From NCBI GenBank assembly GCA_963836955.1, contig CAWILO010000004.1, forward strand, positions 152,916 to 216,915: a stretch of DNA of 64,000 nt. Direction: 5' to 3'. Of the stretch, positions 57,285 to 64,000 are shown piece by piece. Each line of letters opens with the position of its first letter. Position 1 is the first letter of the stretch. Under the pieces are notes generated by a model. It was not told the origin of the DNA. It worked only from the letters and a program-made list of their open reading frames with translations, and did not search any database. Source of the stretch: an uncultured delta proteobacterium. Its GTDB lineage: Bacteria; Desulfobacterota; Binatia; Binatales; Binataceae. The position numbers were made by a program, and so were the translations under genes.

Positions 57285-58649
57285 ATGGCATCGGCAAAAA
57301 AAGACGCGGTTGTAATCGGGGCCGGCTTCGCGGGACTCAGCGCCGGGGTCGCGCTCGCGGAGCATGGCGTTCGGGTCACGGTGCTCGAAGGAAAACCAGC
57401 GCCCGGCGGACGTGCGTATTCGTTCGCCGATCCCGAGACCGGCGATTTCGTCGACAACGGGCAACACGTGCTGATGGGTTGCTACGGCGAGACGCTCGAC
57501 TTCCTCAAACGGATCGGCGCGTACGACCAGTTGGTCTTTCACGAAGATTTGGAAATCGAGATGCTCGCGGGTCCCGGACAAAGCGCGATGCTGAAAACGG
57601 CGCGGCTGCCCGGGCCTCTACACATGACGGCAGCGTTGCTCGGCTACCGGCATTTGAGTGTCGCGGAGCGATTGAGCGTGATGCGCGGTGGGTTGCGCAT
57701 GCTCGCGATGCGACGATTCGGCGGCGGCGAGCTGAGTCGTCTAACCGTTGTGCAGTTGATGGATCGCCTCGGGCAATCGGAACACGCGCGCCGATGCTTC
57801 TGGTACCCGATGTCGATCGCGACGCTGAACGACGAGCCGAAATCGTCGTCGGCGCAACTACTGGCCGAGGTTCTCAAGCGGGCATTCTTTTCGCGCCGCC
57901 GCGACTCGGCTTTCGTTTATTCGCGCGTCGGCCTGAGTGACCTTTACTGCACCGGCGCGAGGCGATTGATCGAACGCGCAGGCGGAACGGTAATGCCGCA
58001 TTCGATCGTCGAAATGCTGGAGCCGGGCGCGCGAGGCGATGTCGCCAGTGTGCGGCTACGCACCGGGCGGCGAATCGAAGCGTCGGACTTCATCAGCGCG
58101 GTGCCGGCGCCGCAGTTGCTGCGCTTGTTGCCCGAGAGCGCGGTTGCGGATCCGTTTTTTTCGCGCCTGGCGGATCTTTCGAGCTCACCGATCATCTGCG
58201 TTCACGCCTGGCTCGATCGCGAAGTGACTAATTCACCGTTCATCGGCTTTATCGGCACTACTACTCAATGGCTATTCAACAAACGCCAGATATTTGCACA
58301 GCGCGGCGAAGCGCATCCGGGCTACCTGAGCTTCGTCATCAGCGGCGCGCGAAAGCTGGTCGATCTCAGCAACCAGGAAATTCTCGATATCGTGATTAAC
58401 GATCTGCACGCGATGATTCCTGCGTCGCGCGAGGCCAAAGTCGTGAAGTCGCTGGTGCTGAAGGAGAAAAACGCCACGATGGCGCCGGAGCTGCGTTCGC
58501 ACGAATTGCGTCCGACGGCGAAAACACCGATTGCAAATTTCTTTTTGGCCGGTGACTGGATCCAGACCGGTCTGCCTGCGACGATCGAGAGCGCCGTGAT
58601 TTCGGGACGGACCGCAGCCGCCGCGGTTCTCGCGCGGACGGCTGAATAG
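57285..58649 (+). CDS. hpnE: hydroxysqualene dehydroxylase HpnE (FAD amine-oxidase family)
   Basis: Start at MASAKKDAVVIGAGFAGLSAG (FAD dinucleotide motif). The ORF track's N-terminal extension overlaps hpnD and is rejected. Confidence 0.85.
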   Translation: MASAKKDAVVIGAGFAGLSAGVALAEHGVRVTVLEGKPAPGGRAYSFADPETGDFVDNGQHVLMGCYGETLDFLKRIGAYDQLVFHEDLEIEMLAGPGQSAMLKTARLPGPLHMTAALLGYRHLSVAERLSVMRGGLRMLAMRRFGGGELSRLTVVQLMDRLGQSEHARRCFWYPMSIATLNDEPKSSSAQLLAEVLKRAFFSRRRDSAFVYSRVGLSDLYCTGARRLIERAGGTVMPHSIVEMLEPGARGDVASVRLRTGRRIEASDFISAVPAPQLLRLLPESAVADPFFSRLADLSSSPIICVHAWLDREVTNSPFIGFIGTTTQWLFNKRQIFAQRGEAHPGYLSFVISGARKLVDLSNQEILDIVINDLHAMIPASREAKVVKSLVLKEKNATMAPELRSHELRPTAKTPIANFFLAGDWIQTGLPATIESAVISGRTAAAAVLARTAE

Positions 58650-58664
58650 CTACTTGCTAATCGA

Positions 58665-59669
58665 ATGAGTACCAAGTTAGCGCTGGTAACGGGCGGCAAC
58701 GGATTCGTAGGATGCCACGTCGTGCGCGCACTCATTGCCCGCGGCGATCGCGTGCGCGTGCTGGCACGTGAGAACGCCGACTTGAGCGCGTTGGTTGGAC
58801 TGTCGGTGGAGGTCGTGCGCGGCGATCTGCGGTATTTCGATTCGGTCGAGCGCGCGGTCAACGGATGCAACGAGGTTTATCACGTCGCCGCAGATTACCG
58901 TCTGTGGCTGACCGATCCGGCGCCGATGTATTCGACCAACGTCGACGGCACGCGGCACATTATTCGGGCCGCGGCCAACGCGGGTGTTTCGCGAATCGTT
59001 CATACGAGCACGGTGGGAGCGCTGGGGATTCCGCATCGCGGAGTGGGGCGCGAAGACACGCCGTCGTCGCTGGCCGAGATGACGGGCCACTACAAACGAT
59101 CGAAGTATATGGCCGAGCAGGCGGCGCTGGAGGCTGCGCGCGCGGGCGTGCCGGTCGTGATCGTGAATCCCTCGACGCCGATTGGCGCGCTCGATTTCAA
59201 GCCGACTCCGACGGGCAGGATTATCGTCGATTTCCTGAATCGGCGGATGCCGGCGTATGTGGAGACGGGGCTCAATATTGTCGATGTCGAAAGCGTCGCG
59301 CGCGGCCATCTGCAGGCGGCCGAGCGCGGACGAGTTGGCGAGAAATATATTCTTGGCGGCGAGAATCTAACGCTCAAGGAATTTCTCGGACGGCTCGCGA
59401 CGATTTCCGGACTGCCTGCGCCGAAGATGAGAATTCCGTACGCAGTGGCGCTCGGCTACGCACTCGGCGCTGAAGCGTTTGCGCGTACGGTCACGCGCAG
59501 GGCGCCGCGGGCCAGCCTGACCGAGGTGCGGATGGCGCGAAAGAAGATGTTCTTCGACTCGTCGAAGGCATGCGAAGAGTTAGGTTATTCGCCGGGGCCG
59601 ATCGACGGTGCGATAGCGGCGGCGATAGAATTTTTCCGATCCAAGGGAACGGCGAGGAGCGCCGCGTAG
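58665..59669 (+). CDS. hpnA: hopanoid-associated NAD-dependent sugar epimerase/dehydratase HpnA
   Basis: LVTGGNGFVGCHVVRAL Rossmann motif and YxxSK. Position immediately after hpnE. Confidence 0.8.
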   Translation: MSTKLALVTGGNGFVGCHVVRALIARGDRVRVLARENADLSALVGLSVEVVRGDLRYFDSVERAVNGCNEVYHVAADYRLWLTDPAPMYSTNVDGTRHIIRAAANAGVSRIVHTSTVGALGIPHRGVGREDTPSSLAEMTGHYKRSKYMAEQAALEAARAGVPVVIVNPSTPIGALDFKPTPTGRIIVDFLNRRMPAYVETGLNIVDVESVARGHLQAAERGRVGEKYILGGENLTLKEFLGRLATISGLPAPKMRIPYAVALGYALGAEAFARTVTRRAPRASLTEVRMARKKMFFDSSKACEELGYSPGPIDGAIAAAIEFFRSKGTARSAA

Positions 59670-59676
59670 GCCCGCG

Positions 59677-60576
59677 ATGCATCTGCTACTGTCCACGATC
59701 GCACTGCGACCGTACGTTTTTATCTTCCTCGCGAGTTTTCTGCTGATCGCGATCGTGAACTTCGGTCTGCGCACGACGATTCTATTCACGGTGTTGACCT
59801 ACGCCGTTTCGCTCGCGTGCGAATGGTCGTCGGTACGCAACGGATTCCCGTTCGGGCTGTATCATTATATTGACGCGACGCGCGGGCGCGAGATTTGGGT
59901 GTTCGGCGTTCCGTTCATGGATTCGCTGTCGTTCACGTTTCTGGCGTTTGCCAGCTACACGGTCGCGCTGCTGCTTAGCTCGCCGCTGTATCGGCGCGGT
60001 GCGGACTTTCGGATTCTCGACACTTGGGAAATTCGGCGCGCACCGCGAGTATGGCTGATGGCGGCGCTGTTCATGGTGATGGTGGACATGGTCGTCGATC
60101 CGCTGAGCGTGCTCGGCGACAGATGGTTCCTGGGCAGGATTTTCTGGTACGACCCGCCGGGGCCGCATTTTGGCGTGCCCATCAGCAACTACCTGGGATG
60201 GTATTTCGTCGCCGCGATCACGATTGCGATTTTCCAGTGGCTGGACGCGACGCTCAATCGCGGTGCGGCGAGACCGGCGGGCTCGGTTCCCGCGATCCCG
60301 TCGCGTGCGCTGCTCGGACCGGCGCTCTATGCGGGAATCGTGATCTTCGGAATCACAATGCTGTTCCGAATCAACGCGCCTCAAATTGGATGGGCCGCGG
60401 TGTTCATCTACCTGCCCTTCACGGTGCTGGCGATTCATATGATGACCCGCCGCGAATCGTACGGCGACGAAACAGCGATCGAGCGCCATCTCGCAGATTT
60501 TCCCTACGAGCGAGATCTCACTGTCTGGAAGCCAACGAGCGCGCATCCGCGAGAACCGCGCCGCGTCACCGCGTAG
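59677..60576 (+). CDS. integral membrane protein (DUF422/carotenoid-cluster-like) in hopanoid locus
   Basis: About 8 TM helices. No catalytic motif recognised. Confidence 0.5.
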   Translation: MHLLLSTIALRPYVFIFLASFLLIAIVNFGLRTTILFTVLTYAVSLACEWSSVRNGFPFGLYHYIDATRGREIWVFGVPFMDSLSFTFLAFASYTVALLLSSPLYRRGADFRILDTWEIRRAPRVWLMAALFMVMVDMVVDPLSVLGDRWFLGRIFWYDPPGPHFGVPISNYLGWYFVAAITIAIFQWLDATLNRGAARPAGSVPAIPSRALLGPALYAGIVIFGITMLFRINAPQIGWAAVFIYLPFTVLAIHMMTRRESYGDETAIERHLADFPYERDLTVWKPTSAHPREPRRVTA

Positions 60577-60652
60577 CGCCGCTTCCAAAATTTCGCTGAG
60601 TGTGGCAAGCGTCGGTTATCGAAATACGATGAAGCAGGCGAGGTGACCTGGC

Positions 60653-61450
60653 ATGCTACTCAAGGATAAAGTTGCGTTGATCACGGGCGCGGGTTCCGGA
60701 ATCGGGCGCGCGAGTGCGATTCGGTTCGCGAAAGAAGGCGCGAAGGTGATGGTCGCCGACATGCGCTCGGAGACGGCGAGCAATACTGCGGCGGAGATCG
60801 AGCACGCCGGCGGTGTCGCGAAGTCGGTGTCGGTGGACGTGCGCGTCGGCGCCGAAGTCGAGTTGATGGTCAACGAAACGATCCGCGCGTTCGGCCGCCT
60901 CGACATCCTGTTCAACAACGCCGGCGTGTTCGTGCCCAAGACCGCCGTCGATACGAGCGAGGAAGAATGGGACTGGGTCGTTGACGTGTGCCTGAAGGGA
61001 GTTTTCTTCGGCTGCAAGTATGCGATCCCGCAGATGATCAAGCAGGGCGGCGGCGTGATCATCAACACGGCCAGCGGCGCGGGAATCGAGGGCGTGCCGA
61101 ACCTGGGCGCCTACCAGGCCGCGAAGGGCGGCGTCGTGATCATGTCGAAGGGAATCGCGCTCGACTTCGCACGCTACAAGATTCGATGCGTGTCGATTTG
61201 CCCCGGCGTGATCGAAACGCCGATCGCCGAGAACTGCAACGTCGTTCCGGCCGGCGCGTCGCGCTTGGGTTGGGAGCGGACGGGTAGCATGCATCCGCTC
61301 GGGCGCAATGGGAAGCCGGAAGAGATCGGCGCGCTGGCGGCGTTCCTGGCGTCGGACGAGGCGGGATTCATCACAGGCGTCGCGGTGCCGATCGACGGGG
61401 GATTCAGCGCAGGCGCGTTCTTCCCAACGGGTCCCGAGCGCGCTTCGTAA
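60653..61450 (+). CDS. SDR family oxidoreductase
   Basis: ALITGAGSGIGRA, NNAG and YQAAK motifs. Confidence 0.85.
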   Translation: MLLKDKVALITGAGSGIGRASAIRFAKEGAKVMVADMRSETASNTAAEIEHAGGVAKSVSVDVRVGAEVELMVNETIRAFGRLDILFNNAGVFVPKTAVDTSEEEWDWVVDVCLKGVFFGCKYAIPQMIKQGGGVIINTASGAGIEGVPNLGAYQAAKGGVVIMSKGIALDFARYKIRCVSICPGVIETPIAENCNVVPAGASRLGWERTGSMHPLGRNGKPEEIGALAAFLASDEAGFITGVAVPIDGGFSAGAFFPTGPERAS

Positions 61451-62207
61451 CGGCAGGAACCTGGCCCTCGTGCGCGATTGCCGTGAGCGCGTCGGCGATC
61501 GCAGCGGTCGCGCGCGAGAGGTTTCGAATCATCCGCGGCAGCTTGAGCATCGTCGCCGGATTGCGCAGCAGGAAGGACGTCGCGGCGAGCGGCTTGACGT
61601 TGCCATCCTGGTCGGCCATCGCGGCGCCAACTATTTCATCGTCAACTTCGTCGAGCACGGCCCGAATCGCGACGAATGGGAGTCCGCGCACGGTGGCTTC
61701 TGCGGCTATCGCGGCGGTTTCCATGTCCACAGCAATAGCGCCGGTGATTTCCTTGGCGCGTCGTTTCTCGGCGCCGGTCGTGAGTACGCGATGCGACGTC
61801 AGGATCGCGCCTGTCGAATACGGGAGACCCGCGATTGCAAGCGAGCGGCCCACAGCGCGCAGCTGTGCGTCGCCGACGGCCGTCACCTGTTCATCAACGT
61901 GGCCATCGGCATGAATCGTCATCGTGCGATCGGAGAGCACGAGGTCGCCCGGCTTCAGCCCACTCGAAAGCGCGCCGACGACCCCAGTCCCAATCACCAG
62001 GTCGGCGCCGGGAATCAAGTCGAAAGCGCGCCGCGCGGTTTCGGTGGCGCGCTGGTGCCCGATTCCATGGCCAACAACCGCGAACTGTTTGCCCCCGATC
62101 TCCGCGCGGAAGCCATGCAAGCCATCGAGCGCGAGCGGCGTGCGACGAACCACGCGGCGCTTGAAGGGCGCGATCTCTCGCGCGAACGCATAGAAGAGAA
62201 GAATCAA
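61404..62207 (-). CDS. hpnG: hopanoid-associated phosphorylase HpnG (PNP/MTA nucleosidase family)
   Basis: PNP_UDP_1 fold (AVDMETAAIA). Hopanoid context. Convergent 47-nt overlap with the SDR gene. Confidence 0.75.
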   Translation of the reverse strand: MILLFYAFAREIAPFKRRVVRRTPLALDGLHGFRAEIGGKQFAVVGHGIGHQRATETARRAFDLIPGADLVIGTGVVGALSSGLKPGDLVLSDRTMTIHADGHVDEQVTAVGDAQLRAVGRSLAIAGLPYSTGAILTSHRVLTTGAEKRRAKEITGAIAVDMETAAIAAEATVRGLPFVAIRAVLDEVDDEIVGAAMADQDGNVKPLAATSFLLRNPATMLKLPRMIRNLSRATAAIADALTAIAHEGQVPAVTKRARDPLGRTRLR

Positions 62208-62311
62208 TCGCTTGCGCCCATTCTGATTTGTCAGCGACCCCGCTTGAGCGGACTCCCCGATGCTAGCAAAATTGGGCAGGTGTTTCTTTTCAGTGCTCGC
62301 GGTGGCGCAGT

Positions 62312-63172
62312 TTGAAGCGCTTGATCGTCAATGCCGACGACTTTGGGTTGTCGCCCGAGGTCAACGCCGGCATCATGCGCGCGCATCGCGACGGGATTCT
62401 GCGCAGTGCGAGCCTGATGGTCGCGGAGCCTGCAACGCAGGCTGCCGCCGAAATGTCGCGCGACATTCCCGCGCTCGACGTGGGCCTTCACGTAGTGGTC
62501 TGCCGGGGACGCAGTCTGCTCGACGCGTCGCGTCTCGGTGCCGCGGTGCGCGCGTCGGGCGAGTTCGTCGACAGCCCCGTCGCCGCGGGGATGCGGTATT
62601 TCTTCGACCGCTCGATGCGCGCCGCGATGACCGACGAACTGCGTGCGCAAGTCGAGCGCCATCTCGAGCTCGTCGGCTACCTCAACCATATCGACGGTCA
62701 TCTGAACTTCCACGTTCATCCGCTGTTCGCGGATATTCTCGTTGACCTCGCCGTCGAATACAAAGTGCCGTGCATCAGGCTGCCGCGCGAGCGCGTGATG
62801 ACGACGCTGCGCCTGCGCCGCGACCATGCGCCGCGCAAGCTCGTCGAGTCGATTGTCTTTCGCACGCTGTCGCGCCGGACCAGGCGGATGATGACCGCGC
62901 GCGGCCTCGCCTCAACGGACGCGCTGTTCGGGCTTCATCAGACCGGGCATCTGAGCGAGGACTACATCCTCGGCGTGCTCGATCGAATCCGCGATGGCAC
63001 CACCGAACTGTATTTCCATCCGGCGGCTGATATCGGCGCAGTCCCGCCCGCGCTCGCGGCGCAGCTGGAAGTCGAGATTCTCACCAGCCAGCGCGTGCGC
63101 GATGCGATCGGCCGAAATCAGATCGAGCTGATCACGTTTGCCGATATCGCGAAGGGCAAACTGGCCGCTTGA
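62312..63172 (+). CDS. hpnK: hopanoid biosynthesis-associated protein HpnK (YdjC-like carbohydrate deacetylase)
   Basis: TTG start. LIVNADDFGLSPEVN and HVDGHLNFHVHP metal-site motifs of the YdjC family. Confidence 0.8.
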   Translation: MKRLIVNADDFGLSPEVNAGIMRAHRDGILRSASLMVAEPATQAAAEMSRDIPALDVGLHVVVCRGRSLLDASRLGAAVRASGEFVDSPVAAGMRYFFDRSMRAAMTDELRAQVERHLELVGYLNHIDGHLNFHVHPLFADILVDLAVEYKVPCIRLPRERVMTTLRLRRDHAPRKLVESIVFRTLSRRTRRMMTARGLASTDALFGLHQTGHLSEDYILGVLDRIRDGTTELYFHPAADIGAVPPALAAQLEVEILTSQRVRDAIGRNQIELITFADIAKGKLAA

Positions 63173-63235
63173 TTCAACTTTGCATCTGGCGTTGCCTGTG
63201 AATCGACATAACTTCCCAACCAGGAGACCAGCTTC

Positions 63236-63751
63236 ATGGCGGAGGTAAAGATTCGGCCTGCGGTGCGCGACGACCTGCCGCGGCTGACGGAGATTTACAA
63301 CTACTACATCATCAACACGCCAATCACGTTCGACCTGGAACCGTTCGCGGTCGAGGGTCGCGCGCAGTGGTTCGATGCGCACGCGGGCACGGGGCGGCAT
63401 CGCATGTTCGTCGCTGAGGAGGCTGGCGAGGTCGTCGGCTATGCGTACGCGGGGGAGTTTCGCGACAGAGCGGCGTACGATACGAGCGTCGCGACGTCGA
63501 TCTACTGTGCTCACGATGCGAAGGGGCGCGGAATCGGTTCGATGCTGTATCGCGCGCTTTTCGACGCGTTGAAGAATGAGGACATCAATCGCCTTTTTGC
63601 CGGGATCACGATTCCCAACGACGCGTCGATCAAGCTCCATCGAAAGTTCGGCTTCACCGACGTCGGGGTCTTCACCGAATGCGGCCGCAAGTTCCAACGT
63701 TACTGGGACGTCGTGTGGATGGAACGTCCGCTCCGGCTCGCCGGCGAATAA
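63236..63751 (+). CDS. GNAT family N-acetyltransferase
   Basis: 171 aa. Acetyl-CoA motif A region (AKGRGIGSMLYRAL). Confidence 0.8.
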   Translation: MAEVKIRPAVRDDLPRLTEIYNYYIINTPITFDLEPFAVEGRAQWFDAHAGTGRHRMFVAEEAGEVVGYAYAGEFRDRAAYDTSVATSIYCAHDAKGRGIGSMLYRALFDALKNEDINRLFAGITIPNDASIKLHRKFGFTDVGVFTECGRKFQRYWDVVWMERPLRLAGE

Positions 63752-63850
63752 GTTGCTCGCGCATCGAGGCGGTTTGAACTAGGCTGGACAGGTGCGGGGC
63801 GCGCGCTCCGCACAATTTTTCACTCGACTGAATATAAGGAAGAGACCAGA

Positions 63851-64000
63851 TGCTCGATCAGGATGGAGCTCCGCTCGCTGATTCTTCGCAGGACTATCGG
63901 CTGCCGAAAAACGTCACGCCCAAGCGCTACGAAATTCGCCTGACGCCCGATCTCAAGGCGTTCACGTTTCAGGGCGATGTGAATGTCGCCGTCGTCGTAA
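63851..64000 (+). CDS. M1-family aminopeptidase N, N-terminal fragment (continues beyond window)
   Basis: The YRLPKNVTPKRYEIRLTPDLKAFTFQGDV pattern is typical of PepN N-termini. Confidence 0.55.

Overview
High-GC (~65%) densely coding bacterial chromosomal segment. Phylum cannot be named from sequence alone; the content (large hopanoid locus, many SDRs and hypotheticals) fits a soil-type Gram-negative bacterium. Most of the window is housekeeping. It carries purine synthesis (purD, purH), alr, tsaC, a DUF1015 protein, a TPP-riboswitch-controlled thiS-thiG-thiE operon with a near-consensus sigma70 promoter, apt, a pcm/NlpD-like pair, coaX-MBL-PDZ-panB-panC, a CDF transporter and a tRNA-Pro(GGG). 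From 48.4 kb to the end there is a large hopanoid biosynthesis locus (TetR, hpnH, polyprenyl synthase, Zn-ADH, shc, dxr, hpnC, hpnD, hpnE, hpnA, a membrane protein, SDR, hpnG, hpnK, GNAT). Accessory content is concentrated in three places. (1) A ~3.5 kb low-GC islet (19.7-23.2 kb) holds a co-directional operon: a 144-aa hypothetical, three tandem paralogous genes for small secreted proteins, and a 253-aa hypothetical. The third paralog is cleanly split by an intact IS5-family element with a CTAG target duplication; removing the IS restores an in-frame 96-aa gene. (2) A candidate uncharacterised biosynthetic cassette (38.4-45.5 kb) is built around a nucleotidyltransferase-like/CDP-alcohol phosphotransferase fusion, with a B12-binding radical SAM enzyme, two HAD phosphatases, an NTP-transferase, an ATP-grasp enzyme and a class-III aminotransferase. 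(3) Non-coding repeats include a ~175 bp structured element in two inverted copies (17.95 kb and 37.94 kb), a shared CCTCGCCC/GGTGAGGG hairpin motif at four intergenic loci, and a perfect 3x22 bp tandem repeat in a divergent promoter next to an AraC regulator. An LPOR-like SDR and an unlisted CsbD-family small ORF are also present. No CRISPR array and no rRNA were seen.
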